Source: Candidatus Nitrosotenuis sp.
Lineage (GTDB): Archaea > Thermoproteota > Nitrososphaeria > Nitrososphaerales > Nitrosopumilaceae
Assembly: GCA_052387615.1 (NCBI GenBank)
Contig: JBQTIZ010000003.1
Span: forward strand, 7,817-71,816
Reading direction: 5' to 3'
DNA: 64,000 nt
The notes under the pieces were generated by a model. The model was given only the letters and a program-made list of their open reading frames with translations. It was not told the origin of the DNA and searched no databases. Position numbers and translations under genes: made by a program. Positions 1 through 9,582 of the stretch are shown piece by piece. Within the stretch, counting starts at the first letter, position 1. Each line of letters begins with the position of its first letter.

Positions 1-995
1 CATTAACTGATCAGATGAATAATGCTGTACAACAAGTTTCAATCACCGTTCAGCAAATTTCAAAGGGTTCTCAAACACAAGCAGTAGGATTAGAAGAAAC
101 AAACAAGGCAATTGAAAAAATTGGCGCAACGATGAAGGATCTTGCCTCAAAAGCAAACTCCACTGCCAATCTCTCAAAATCTGTTGAGAATGTTTCTGTA
201 GTAGGAGGAAAATCCGCTGCAGAAGCTGCCGATAGAATGATGAGAATAATCAAAGTTGCAGACGAATCTGCGGCAAAAATCAAAGGACTATCTGAGCGAA
301 GTAGTCAGATTACATCTGTTTTGGATGTTATTCGTAAAATAGCCGAGCAAACAAATCTTCTTGCGCTGAATGCCGCAATTGAAGCTGCGAGGGCAGGAGA
401 GGCAGGTAGAGGATTTGCAGTAGTGGCTGATGAGGTAAGAAGATTAGCAGAAGGTTCTGCAAAGTCTTCAGAAGAGATTGGCAGTTTAATCAAACAAATT
501 CAAGATGATTCGTATGCCACGGCACAAAGTATTGAACAAGGCTCAAAAGAGATTCTAGAAGGAAAGGATGTTATCGATAGAGCACTTGGATCATTAAAAG
601 AAGTATCAAAGAAGATCCAAGAAGTATCTTCTAATGTAGTTGAAGTTTCTAATTCAACTCACAACCAACTTGCAGAAGTTGAAAAACTCACAAAAGCAGC
701 ATCAGATATTGCAGCAGTGGCAGAAGAAAATGCATCCGCTACAGAAGAAGCATCAGCAGCCATGGAAGAACAATCATCAGGGATGCATGAAATTACAAGT
801 GCAACACAAAGACTAGCTGAAATATCTGAAAAGCTTGAACATGCATCATCAACTTTCAAGTTAGAAAGTACAGAGTATGATGAAATTGTTCAATCAAATG
901 ATCCAATTGCTGATTCACAACTCAAAGAACGTGTAGAAGTTATGGTTAATTCAGGAAATGGTAAGCATAAGACTGTAACACAGTCACATGGCTAA
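1..995 (+). CDS. Methyl-accepting chemotaxis protein, C-terminal signalling domain (5' end lies off-window)
   Basis: The frame is open back to base 3. It contains the conserved MCP hairpin-tip motif '[32 protein letters not shown]' and heads the che operon. Confidence 0.85.
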   Translation, partial: LTDQMNNAVQQVSITVQQISKGSQTQAVGLEETNKAIEKIGATMKDLASKANSTANLSKSVENVSVVGGKSAAEAADRMMRIIKVADESAAKIKGLSERSSQITSVLDVIRKIAEQTNLLALNAAIEAARAGEAGRGFAVVADEVRRLAEGSAKSSEEIGSLIKQIQDDSYATAQSIEQGSKEILEGKDVIDRALGSLKEVSKKIQEVSSNVVEVSNSTHNQLAEVEKLTKAASDIAAVAEENASATEEASAAMEEQSSGMHEITSATQRLAEISEKLEHASSTFKLESTEYDEIVQSNDPIADSQLKERVEVMVNSGNGKHKTVTQSHG

Positions 996-1007
996 GTAGG
1001 AGTTAAA

Positions 1008-1478
1008 ATGAGCGCTACAACTCAGATAATTCAAGTTGTTGTCTTTAGTCTAACTGATCCAGCAACAAAAAGAAATGAAGAGTATGGTGTTGGAGTAGAA
1101 CAAGTTCAGGAAATTCGAACACTAGAAAGTATGACCAGATTACCAAATGCTCCGATACATGTACGCGGTGTAACCAACCTAAGAGGAAAAATAATTTCCA
1201 TTATAGATATAAAACAAAAACTAGGTTTTCCTGCAAGCGAAATAGATAACAATTCAAGAGTATTGATTGCCGAGATCAACAGTAAACAAATTGGTTTGTT
1301 AGTAGATCAAGTAGATCAAGTAATGCGAATTTCAACTAATGATATTGATCTGCAATCAGATACCGCGGGATTTACACAGTATATGAAAGGAATTGCAAAG
1401 ATACAAGATAGACTGATCATAATTCTTGATTTACAAAAGTTACTTGAAGATATTAACAATAATCATTTTGGTGAGTAA
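1008..1478 (+). CDS. cheW: Chemotaxis coupling protein CheW
   Basis: 156 aa, single CheW-like domain, starting 12 nt after the MCP stop inside the che operon. Confidence 0.85.
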   Translation: MSATTQIIQVVVFSLTDPATKRNEEYGVGVEQVQEIRTLESMTRLPNAPIHVRGVTNLRGKIISIIDIKQKLGFPASEIDNNSRVLIAEINSKQIGLLVDQVDQVMRISTNDIDLQSDTAGFTQYMKGIAKIQDRLIIILDLQKLLEDINNNHFGE

Positions 1479-1483
1479 ATATT

Positions 1484-1867
1484 ATGTTTCAACGAAATAC
1501 TGCCAAAGCGTTGATTGTTGATGATGCCGCATTTATGCGTGTTGTTCTAAAAGATATTTTTCTACAAAATGGTCTTGCAGCTGAAGTTTATGAGGCAGGT
1601 GATGGCTTAATGGCAGTTGAGGCGTACAAAAAATACAAACCAGATATTGTAACTATGGATGTAAACATGCCAAAGGCAGATGGCGTTGCAGCATTAAAAG
1701 CAATCATGCAATTTGATCCAAAGGCCAAAGTTGTTATGGTTACATCGCTAGAACAAAAACACATAGTCCAAGATGCAATGAAATATGGCGCAAGAGATTA
1801 TGTGGTAAAACCATTTGAGAAAAGCAGAGTAGGAATAGTCATCAATAAAGTGCTTAGGAGCATTTAA
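1484..1867 (+). CDS. cheY: Chemotaxis response regulator CheY
   Basis: 127-aa receiver domain with 'LIVDD', 'DIVTMDVNMPKADG', 'VVMVTS' and 'VVKPF'. Confidence 0.9.
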   Translation: MFQRNTAKALIVDDAAFMRVVLKDIFLQNGLAAEVYEAGDGLMAVEAYKKYKPDIVTMDVNMPKADGVAALKAIMQFDPKAKVVMVTSLEQKHIVQDAMKYGARDYVVKPFEKSRVGIVINKVLRSI

Positions 1868-1868
1868 C

Positions 1869-2915
1869 ATGAATGAGCACGATAAGATCAAGATTCTGAT
1901 TGTGAATGATTCTTTGACTGTGAGAATGATATTAAGTGAAATAGTATTATCAAATAAAAAAATGCAAATATCTGCTGTGGCTCGAGACGGCCTTGAAGGA
2001 CTCACAAAGCTGAGAATTGAGAAGCCGGATGTCATACTTGTCGATCTAGAAATGCCCAACATGGATGGTTTGACATTTATACAAAATGCGGTTAGTCATG
2101 ATAAAACCATACCAATTATTGTGACTAGTTCCTATAGTCAAGAAGGTTCTAGAGTTATATTTGATGCACTTGAAGCAGGTGCACTTGATTTTGTTTCAAT
2201 GTCAGACAACATTGTAAAAAATAAGCAACAATTTCAGGAGGAATTGTTTACAAAAATAGAAATTGCAGCAAAATCAAATCCGGAAGTTTTAATTCCAGAA
2301 AAGATTTTGAGCATAAAACCGATTAAAAAACAAAAAGGAAAAGATGGTACCGCATCAAAGGTGATTGTTATAGGTGCATCAACAGGAGGACCAAAGACAT
2401 TATGCGATATAGTATCAAAGCTCCCAGGGGATCTGCCTGCTGGGCTATTAATTGTGCAACATATGCCAAGTAATTTTACTGCGAAATTTGCTCAGCGTCT
2501 AGATGAAATTTCTGAATTTAGTATAACTGAAGCAAAAGACGGTGATTCAATTCGGATAGGGAGAGGATTAGTTGCTCCTGGAGACTACCATATGGAAATT
2601 AGATCATCACAATGCGTAAGTCTTAGCAAAGATCATAAGAGATTCGGGGTAAGACCTGCAGTTAATGTTTCTATGATCACTGCTTCAGAGATTTATGGAG
2701 AAAACGCAATTGGAGTTTTACTAACAGGGATGGGCCAAGATGGCGCATTTGGTATGAAGATGATAAGGAAAAGAGGAGGTCAGACAATCGCACAAGATGA
2801 ATCCACTTCAATCGTATTCGGCATGCCAAAGGCAGCAAAAGATCTTGATGCTGTAGATAAAATGCTACCACTTGATGAAATACCATCAGAAATAGTACGA
2901 ATGGTGAATGCATGA
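1869..2915 (+). CDS. cheB: Protein-glutamate methylesterase CheB
   Basis: N-terminal receiver ('ILIVNDS', 'ILVDLEMPNMDG') plus methylesterase motifs 'VIGASTGGP', 'VQHMP' and 'TGMGQDG'. Starts 1 nt after cheY. Confidence 0.9.
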   Translation: MNEHDKIKILIVNDSLTVRMILSEIVLSNKKMQISAVARDGLEGLTKLRIEKPDVILVDLEMPNMDGLTFIQNAVSHDKTIPIIVTSSYSQEGSRVIFDALEAGALDFVSMSDNIVKNKQQFQEELFTKIEIAAKSNPEVLIPEKILSIKPIKKQKGKDGTASKVIVIGASTGGPKTLCDIVSKLPGDLPAGLLIVQHMPSNFTAKFAQRLDEISEFSITEAKDGDSIRIGRGLVAPGDYHMEIRSSQCVSLSKDHKRFGVRPAVNVSMITASEIYGENAIGVLLTGMGQDGAFGMKMIRKRGGQTIAQDESTSIVFGMPKAAKDLDAVDKMLPLDEIPSEIVRMVNA

Positions 2916-4456
2916 TGGATACTTCACAATACAGAGACATGTTTGTACAGGAAGCAAGAGAACATGTACAAAATCTTAACGAATTTGTACTCAAATTAGA
3001 AAGAGAGCCAACTGAAAAAGAACATGTAAACACGCTATTTCGATCTGCACATTCTTTGAAGGGAATGGCTGCCACTATGGGCTATGATCAGATCAGGCAG
3101 TTATGCATGGCAATAGAAGAGATTTTTGATAAATTTAGAAAAGAGGAACAAAGTCTTTCATCGAATTTAGCAAGTATACTTTTCAAATGTTTTGATGCAT
3201 TGCAAGAGATGGTTGATGATGAAGAAAGAAAAATAGATCTTGAATCATATTTACAGCTTTTGCAACAGCAGTCAGAGGCCGTTATCACAGAATCATCGGA
3301 TGTGTCTCTGCAACAAAAATCCCAAACAGTACGTGTCAAGATGGAAGATTTGGATGCTCTCGTGAATCTTGTAGGAGAGCTAATGATTGACAAGATGCGT
3401 CTTGAACAATCACTACGTGGTACTTCTGATGAAACTGGACGTGTTTTGACATCGCTTAACAGGCTCATTTCCGATTTGCAATATCAAACCATGAAGATTC
3501 GTTTAGTTCCAATTGAACAGATCTTTAATAGATTTCCAAGAATGATTAGGGATTTATCAACAAGTCTTGGGAAACAAGTAAAGCTTGACATTGAAGGAGC
3601 TGGCATCGAGCTTGACAGAACTGTTCTTGATGTAATTAGTGATCCTCTTTTACACATACTAAGAAATGCAATAGATCATGGAATTGAGACTGTGTCTGAG
3701 AGAGAACAGACAGGAAAACCAGGATTAGCTACGATCAAGATTGCGGCGTCACGAATAGGAGATAGAATTGCTATTGAGATATCGGATGATGGTAAGGGCA
3801 TAGACACAGAGAAAATCAGATCAAAGGCAGTTGAGAAAAAGATCATTTCTGACATAGAAGCAGAACGAATGTCGGAAGACGAAATTATCAATTTACTTGG
3901 AACTCCAGGCCTTTCAAGTGCTACCAAGGTTACAGAGATTTCTGGTAGAGGTGTAGGAATGGATGTGGTATTCAGACAAGTGCAAAGTGTTGGTGGCAAT
4001 GTTCAGATTAGAACCAAAAAAGGGGTTGGTACTACATTCACGCTAGTAATTCCACTCAGTCTTGCAATAATTAGTGGATTAGTAGTAAAAGTTGGCAATG
4101 AGAAATACGTTATTCCAATTTCCAGTATCGTAACAACAATAAACATTGAGAAGAGCGAAATCAAAACAATTCAGGGTAAACAAGTAATTAAGATCAATGA
4201 ACAGGTTATTTCGCTTATTAGAGTTGCAGATGTTCTTGGAATAAAAAATTCCAATACAACTGAAAATGATCTGGTTACCATAATACTAGTAGACAAGGGA
4301 GGAAAATCATATGGATTAATTGTTGATTCGTATGAGAATATGCAAGAAATAGTAACAAAGAGATTACATTCATCGCATAAATCCAATTTTTCAGATGCAT
4401 CGATTCTTTCTGATGGAAAAGTTGTTCTAATTTTGGAGCCAACCGCATTAATTTAG
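2912..4456 (+). CDS. cheA: Chemotaxis histidine kinase CheA (short form, no obvious P2 domain)
   Basis: Hpt H-box 'FRSAHSLKGMAATMG', N-box 'HILRNAIDHGIE', G1 'DDGKGID', G2 'GRGVGMDVV' and a C-terminal CheW-like domain. ATGA overlap with cheB. Only about 30 aa separate P1 from the dimerisation segment. Confidence 0.9.
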   Translation: MMDTSQYRDMFVQEAREHVQNLNEFVLKLEREPTEKEHVNTLFRSAHSLKGMAATMGYDQIRQLCMAIEEIFDKFRKEEQSLSSNLASILFKCFDALQEMVDDEERKIDLESYLQLLQQQSEAVITESSDVSLQQKSQTVRVKMEDLDALVNLVGELMIDKMRLEQSLRGTSDETGRVLTSLNRLISDLQYQTMKIRLVPIEQIFNRFPRMIRDLSTSLGKQVKLDIEGAGIELDRTVLDVISDPLLHILRNAIDHGIETVSEREQTGKPGLATIKIAASRIGDRIAIEISDDGKGIDTEKIRSKAVEKKIISDIEAERMSEDEIINLLGTPGLSSATKVTEISGRGVGMDVVFRQVQSVGGNVQIRTKKGVGTTFTLVIPLSLAIISGLVVKVGNEKYVIPISSIVTTINIEKSEIKTIQGKQVIKINEQVISLIRVADVLGIKNSNTTENDLVTIILVDKGGKSYGLIVDSYENMQEIVTKRLHSSHKSNFSDASILSDGKVVLILEPTALI

Positions 4457-4464
4457 GTGATAAT

Positions 4465-5067
4465 ATGGAAGTATTACAACCACAAAATAATCTAAAAAGA
4501 CTTGGCGATATCATAGGTAACTATATCGGAACAAAAACTGCTTCATCACTGTCCATGATTCTTAATGAGCCAGTTTCTCATCGCATACGTAAAGTAGTCG
4601 AAGTTGCTTCGCTTGATCTCGATTCAGTCATTCCTGTATTTGACATAATTCCTATGTGTTCGGTATATTTGAAAGGAGAGGGAGATGTACATGTAACAAT
4701 TTTATTCTTTTTGCCATCATCTATGGCACGGAAGTTTGCTGCCAAATTATTGGGGGTTGCAAAGATGAACAAGCTATCAAGTTTAGGTAGATCATCAATC
4801 TCTGAAGTAGGAAACATGATGGCAGGATCATTTTTCAACGCATTATCAGATGGAACTGGATTTCGTGTCGAAATGTCGACTCCAGGTTTTGCAGCAGATA
4901 CTTTCAAGGCATTGATTGAATCCCCCACTGCAGAACTTGCTTCAACTACTGAGCGCTTTATAATTACAGAGGCTGAGTTGCACGGATCTGATAGTGACAT
5001 AATAATTGATGCATTGATATTACTATCGCCTACTGAGGCTGCAAAAATCCTAAATGCGCACAAGTGA
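4465..5067 (+). CDS. cheC: CheY-P phosphatase CheC
   Basis: Exact CheC/FliY consensus S-x3-E-x2-N-x22-P in 'SSISEVGNMMAGSFFNALSDGTGFRVEMSTP'. Lies between cheA and cheD. Confidence 0.8.
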   Translation: MEVLQPQNNLKRLGDIIGNYIGTKTASSLSMILNEPVSHRIRKVVEVASLDLDSVIPVFDIIPMCSVYLKGEGDVHVTILFFLPSSMARKFAAKLLGVAKMNKLSSLGRSSISEVGNMMAGSFFNALSDGTGFRVEMSTPGFAADTFKALIESPTAELASTTERFIITEAELHGSDSDIIIDALILLSPTEAAKILNAHK

Positions 5068-5073
5068 TCCTAA

Positions 5074-5559
5074 TTGAGATCACACGAGATTTCTATGGGA
5101 GAAGCAAGAGTTGCTGACAATTCAGACAGCACATTAGTTACATTTGTAGGCTCTTGTGTAGCTCTCTGTCTCTTTGAGCCCAATAAGAAAATTGGAGGGC
5201 TGGCGCACATAATGCTACCAGAGGCAGGACAGAATGTAACCATCAATCAAAATACAAATGGTAAATATGCGGATCATGCAATCAACTACCTTTTGACAAA
5301 GATGCAGGAAAGGGGAGCAAAACTCAGCAAAATCAAAGCAAAGATTGCCGGTGGAGCTCAAATTTTCAAGACTGAGACTGGAAGCGGCCTATTTACGATT
5401 GGTGAAAGAAATATTGATTCAATAAAAAAAATTCTTAAGATTCATGGAGTTCAAGTTTTAGCAGAAGAAACCGGTAAAACATGTGGACGGTGGGTAAGAT
5501 TTGATGTACAAGACGGTTCTGTTAGCATAAAGAGTAAGCGAGGTAATATAACACTATGA
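5074..5559 (+). CDS. cheD: Chemoreceptor glutamine deamidase CheD
   Basis: 'FVGSCVALCLF' (catalytic Cys) and 'GLAHIMLP' (His). TTG start at 5074; alternative ATG at 5095. Confidence 0.8.
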   Translation: MRSHEISMGEARVADNSDSTLVTFVGSCVALCLFEPNKKIGGLAHIMLPEAGQNVTINQNTNGKYADHAINYLLTKMQERGAKLSKIKAKIAGGAQIFKTETGSGLFTIGERNIDSIKKILKIHGVQVLAEETGKTCGRWVRFDVQDGSVSIKSKRGNITL

Positions 5560-6365
5560 GTTTAGAGAAAACAACCGATCCGCATATTGACGAAATAATT
5601 AAAAAAGCATCTCGTTTTGGATTTGATTTTAATCATTACAAGACAACTTTCCTTAAACGAAGAATCGATGTAAGGCTAAAAACTAGAGGGTTGCAAGATT
5701 ATTCAGAATATTCTGAATTGCTAGATATAGATATTACAGAAAGTAATGCTTTGTTCAGATCAATTTCAATAAACGTTACAGAGTTTTTTAGAGATAAGGA
5801 AGTTTTTTCATATTTGACGCAGAATATTTTACCAAAATTATTAGCTGACAAATCTCCTACCATGCGAGTGTGGAGTGCAGGATGTGCCACTGGAGAAGAA
5901 CCATACACCTTAGCAATACTTCTAAACGAAGCTTGCAAGAATCAACCCAAGTCATTCAAAGTTTTTGCTACTGACATTAATACAAACGCAGTTGAGAGTG
6001 CAAAGAAGGGGGTTTATTCATTAGCATCACTAAAGAATTTTCCACTTGAATCATTATCCAAATATTTTACCATCAAAGCTGACGGTAGTCATTATATTTC
6101 TCAAGAAATAAAAAATTATATCACTTTCAATGTAGCAGATTTGACTAGTTTCTCTGTAAGATTCCTAGACATCATTGTTTGCCGTAATGTATTCATTTAC
6201 TATACAAAAGAAACGCAAGATATGATTTTGAAAAAGTTTCATGATTGCTTGAAAGATTCTGGATATCTCGTTTTAGGCATGGATGAGGGAATTAGAGCTG
6301 AACAATCAAAGTTGTTTGAGAGTGTCAATCCTAAGCTTAGGATATACAAAAAAACTGTTCAATAG
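5556..6365 (+). CDS. cheR: Chemotaxis protein methyltransferase CheR
   Basis: SAM-binding motif 'RVWSAGCATGEEPYTLAI' and an N-terminal CheR helical domain. ATGA overlap with cheD. Confidence 0.9.
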   Translation: MSLEKTTDPHIDEIIKKASRFGFDFNHYKTTFLKRRIDVRLKTRGLQDYSEYSELLDIDITESNALFRSISINVTEFFRDKEVFSYLTQNILPKLLADKSPTMRVWSAGCATGEEPYTLAILLNEACKNQPKSFKVFATDINTNAVESAKKGVYSLASLKNFPLESLSKYFTIKADGSHYISQEIKNYITFNVADLTSFSVRFLDIIVCRNVFIYYTKETQDMILKKFHDCLKDSGYLVLGMDEGIRAEQSKLFESVNPKLRIYKKTVQ

Positions 6366-6407
6366 GCACACTCTTCATTCACCCGTTCAGAGTTTTGTTG
6401 TAAAAGG

Positions 6408-6446
6408 CCAAAATGGTAATGGTTTAGGCGTGGTTTACCATTTTGG
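6408..6446 (+). terminator. Perfect 12-bp inverted repeat (CCAAAATGGTAA / TTACCATTTTGG, 15-nt loop) 43 nt downstream of cheR
   Basis: Read directly from the sequence, in the position expected for an operon-end hairpin. Archaeal terminators are usually oligo-T, so the function is uncertain. Confidence 0.3.
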
Positions 6447-6508
6447 TACCAGATATTAGCACAAAATTCCTCATCTGCTATTAATTAATCCCTGTTTGTT
6501 TGCTCCAG

Positions 6509-6817
6509 ATGAACTGGATAACATTAATCGTAGTTGTATCAGTTATAGCAACTACATTTGCAGGCGTTGAATCATCATACGCAATTAAGGATGAGGGCTC
6601 CAAGATTGTTGCAAAACAGCTCACATTGGAAGATGTATTTAGTAAGAATCAGATATCATTTAAAGAAAAAAAGGCATTAGATGAATTAAAAAAACTAGAG
6701 CAAAATGTAGGAATCAAAATAACAGAAGAAGAGATTACCAAAAAATCCGGTATCGTGCAGGAATTACTGGCAACATATGATTATCTTTTAGATCCTAGTG
6801 TGATGTCTGATATATAG
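6509..6817 (+). CDS. Small secreted/membrane-anchored hypothetical protein
   Basis: ATG at 6509 gives a signal-like N-terminus 'MNWITLIVVVSVIATTFAGVESSYA'. It ends at a TAG that is followed by 58 more in-frame sense codons. Confidence 0.45.
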   Translation: MNWITLIVVVSVIATTFAGVESSYAIKDEGSKIVAKQLTLEDVFSKNQISFKEKKALDELKKLEQNVGIKITEEEITKKSGIVQELLATYDYLLDPSVMSDI

Positions 6818-6996
6818 AAGGGCGATGTGGAACGTGCACATAATATTGTCAAATCACATACGGAAAAAGTTAAGGATGTAATCAAGATCACACCACAGGG
6901 TAATTTGCCAAAGGATGGAATTGTTAGCACTACTAACAGCTTAAATCACTTTATTCCAAAACAACTAAGCCTGACAAGCTTATTCAGATAGATTTT

Positions 6997-7926
6997 TTAC
7001 AGAAATTGCTCGTTTAGAATCAGACTCAATAATGCAGCTCTTGTGAATTTGCCAAACTCTGCTTGCTTAAAATATTTTGCTTGTGATGTTAAATCCACAT
7101 CAGTAGAAATTTCATCAACTCGTGGTAGAGGATGAAGAATAATAGAATCTTTTTTCATTCGGTTTACAACATCTAAGCCGATTTTGTAACTTCCACGTAC
7201 TTTTTGGTATTCCTCCTCATCTGGAAATCTCTCTTTTTGAATTCTCGTCACATAGATGACATCAAGTTCATCAATAAACTCTTCAAGTATTGTTGATTCT
7301 TTTAGAGAAATCTTTTTTTTAATTTCATATGTTGATTCGGTTCTGATTCTCAAAGATTCTGGAGATACAAGTCGTATATCTACATCATAATTCGACAAGG
7401 CGTATAAGAGCGAATAAACTGTTCTACCATACTTGAGATCGCCAATTATTCCGATTTTGAGGCCATCAATTCTGTTTTTTTCTTTTTTTATCGTGTAAAG
7501 ATCCTGTATTGCTTGTGTTGGATGTTCTTCTGTACCGCTTCCAGCGTTAAGTACAGGTTTGTCTGATATTTCAGATGCAAATCTACTAGAACCATCAAGC
7601 GGATGTCGTAATGTCAACACATCTGAATAGATTGACATCATTCTAATGGTATCAGCAAGGCTTTCACCTTTTTTTGTAGAAGAAGAGGTTACATCTGATA
7701 TTCCAAGTGATGTACCACCAATGAGTGCCATCGCTGCCTGAAAGCTAAGCCTTGTTCTAGTGCTTGGCTCAAAGAACAGATACCCAAGTGTTTTTCCTCT
7801 CCCAATCTCTCTTCGTTGGTTTGGATCCATTTTGATTATTTTATCGGTCGCAGAAAAGACTGATTCAAATTTTGCCTTATCAAATTCACGCACTGATATG
7901 ATATCTTTTTGGAAAAAATCGTTCAT
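6997..7926 (-). CDS. pyrB: Aspartate carbamoyltransferase catalytic subunit
   Basis: 'FFEPSTRTRLSF' and 'HPLPRVDEI' motifs. ATG at 7926 ('MNDFFQKDIISVREF') is preferred over the upstream TTG at 7959 in the ORF track. Confidence 0.9.
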   Translation of the reverse strand: MNDFFQKDIISVREFDKAKFESVFSATDKIIKMDPNQRREIGRGKTLGYLFFEPSTRTRLSFQAAMALIGGTSLGISDVTSSSTKKGESLADTIRMMSIYSDVLTLRHPLDGSSRFASEISDKPVLNAGSGTEEHPTQAIQDLYTIKKEKNRIDGLKIGIIGDLKYGRTVYSLLYALSNYDVDIRLVSPESLRIRTESTYEIKKKISLKESTILEEFIDELDVIYVTRIQKERFPDEEEYQKVRGSYKIGLDVVNRMKKDSIILHPLPRVDEISTDVDLTSQAKYFKQAEFGKFTRAALLSLILNEQFL

Positions 7927-7968
7927 TTCTTTCAATGATATATACTGGTTACTATACAAAGTATTCTG

Positions 7969-8430
7969 ATGCAGGAATCAAACCTGATTGTACGCAGAAT
8001 AAAGGATGGCACCGTAATTGACCACATTGAGGGAGGGAAAGGCCTTAAAGTTTTGGATGCGCTCGGTATCAATGGAGAAGACGGTGATGTGATAACAGTA
8101 GCACTCAATGTACCAAGCGGAAAATACAATAAAAAAGATATCATCAAAGTAGAGAATAGATACCTTCAAGACTTTGATACAAACAAGCTTGCGGTAATAT
8201 CTCCAAAGGCAACAATTAACATCATCAAGGACTATAAACTAGTAGAAAAACGCCGAGTAGCCTTACCAAACAAAATTGAAAAGATCTTTAGGTGCTCAAA
8301 CCCAGACTGCATCACAAACAGCAAAGAATACATCGAATCAGTCATGGAAGTAATTGACAAAAATGGCCTTGTGCTAAAATGCAAATACTGCACAAGAATC
8401 TTGGACGTTAATCAGCTAAAATATTATTGA
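7969..8430 (+). CDS. pyrI: Aspartate carbamoyltransferase regulatory subunit
   Basis: 153 aa with the C-terminal Zn-domain cysteines 'CSNPDCIT...CKYC'. Divergent from pyrB. Confidence 0.9.
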   Translation: MQESNLIVRRIKDGTVIDHIEGGKGLKVLDALGINGEDGDVITVALNVPSGKYNKKDIIKVENRYLQDFDTNKLAVISPKATINIIKDYKLVEKRRVALPNKIEKIFRCSNPDCITNSKEYIESVMEVIDKNGLVLKCKYCTRILDVNQLKYY

Positions 8431-8454
8431 AAAATTTTTAAAACGAGAGAGAGT

Positions 8455-8763
8455 TTACTGTCCCAAGATAATGAACATCATGACTATGCCATAGATTGCA
8501 ATTGATTCTACCATTCCAATGAAGATGAACACTTTGGATTGCAAAGCTGGGTTTTCACTAATTACCGCGAGACCTGCAGATCCTACATAACCTAATCCTA
8601 TTCCTGCACCACATGCTGCAAGACCAAACGCAAGACCTGCGCCTACTAGTTTGAGTGCACTAGAATCTTTAGCTGCGGCCTCACTTTCTTGTGCAAATGC
8701 AAGACCTGTCAATGCTGAAAGCGATACAACTGTTGCCAAAAGCAATAGTGTGAAAGATTTCAT
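8455..8763 (-). CDS. atpK: A-type ATP synthase proteolipid subunit K (c)
   Basis: 102 aa, a Gly/Ala-rich helical hairpin with the conserved carboxylate in 'GMVESIAIYG'. Last gene of the atp string. Confidence 0.8.
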   Translation of the reverse strand: MKSFTLLLLATVVSLSALTGLAFAQESEAAAKDSSALKLVGAGLAFGLAACGAGIGLGYVGSAGLAVISENPALQSKVFIFIGMVESIAIYGIVMMFIILGQ

Positions 8764-8798
8764 TTTCTATTTGTGCTCCAAAATTTCCATTATTTAAA

Positions 8799-8945
8799 TC
8801 ATGGTATAGTTTTTTGGATTTTATTCAAAGTTTTAGTTTTGTATGATTTCAGTTCTGACTTGATGATATCAACTTGATTTTCACATTCAGACTCTAAGAG
8901 TTTGTTTGCATCATCAAGTAATTTTTTTATGTCTTGTTTTGCCAT
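8799..8945 (-). CDS. 48-aa coiled-coil-like ORF between atpD and atpK (possible small stalk subunit)
   Basis: Hand translation gives 'MAKQDIKKLLDDANKLLESECENQVDIIKSELKSYKTKTLNKIQKTIP'. Its ATG directly abuts the atpD stop. Below the ORF-track size cut-off. Confidence 0.3.
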   Translation of the reverse strand: MAKQDIKKLLDDANKLLESECENQVDIIKSELKSYKTKTLNKIQKTIP

Positions 8946-9578
8946 TTACTTCCTCTTCTCCATTGCTGCCTTGACTTTTTTTAGTCTTGCGAATTCTTCT
9001 CTTTCTCTTTCTTCTAGTGTTGCCAAGATGAACTTGATTCGTAGTCTGTACTGTGGAATGATCACATTTTCAAGCGCATTTAGCAGTTTTTGCGTCTTTT
9101 CTAGAGCCTTTGCGAGTGCAAAAATCGAGTTTTCGTATTCTGCCGCCTTGCAGATTTTTGGCAATAAAACCTTGATTTGTTTTGCTGCTCTATCAATTGA
9201 GGCATTGGTATCTGCAAATCCATAAGGCATTGATTTTGTATCTTTTTCTGTAACGTTTAGGGTTGGTATGGTAACATCTACTACTCGCTTTACTTTTGTG
9301 TCAACTTCCATTACCGCTGGCGTTGATTGTGCAACAGAGTCCACTGTTGTTGTTCCAAGGGAGAGATATGCATCGTTTACTGACTTGTAGACATCTTGTA
9401 ATGGTTCCCAAATGCCACCGCGAGCTTTGTTGGCTTCTGTGATCATTTCTTCAATGTTTTTTAGCAGAACCTTTCTTTTGTCGTCAAGAATTTTTTGGAC
9501 CATTGTTGCAACCTGACTTGAACGCTTGTACTTGAGCAGCTCAATTTTGGTTGCCGCAACATTTTGTCCAAACGACAT
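8946..9578 (-). CDS. atpD: A-type ATP synthase subunit D
   Basis: 210 aa, helical; position after atpB; N-terminus 'ATKIELLKYKR' is typical of V/A-ATPase D subunits. Confidence 0.85.
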   Translation of the reverse strand: MSFGQNVAATKIELLKYKRSSQVATMVQKILDDKRKVLLKNIEEMITEANKARGGIWEPLQDVYKSVNDAYLSLGTTTVDSVAQSTPAVMEVDTKVKRVVDVTIPTLNVTEKDTKSMPYGFADTNASIDRAAKQIKVLLPKICKAAEYENSIFALAKALEKTQKLLNALENVIIPQYRLRIKFILATLEEREREEFARLKKVKAAMEKRK

Positions 9579-9582
9579 TTAG

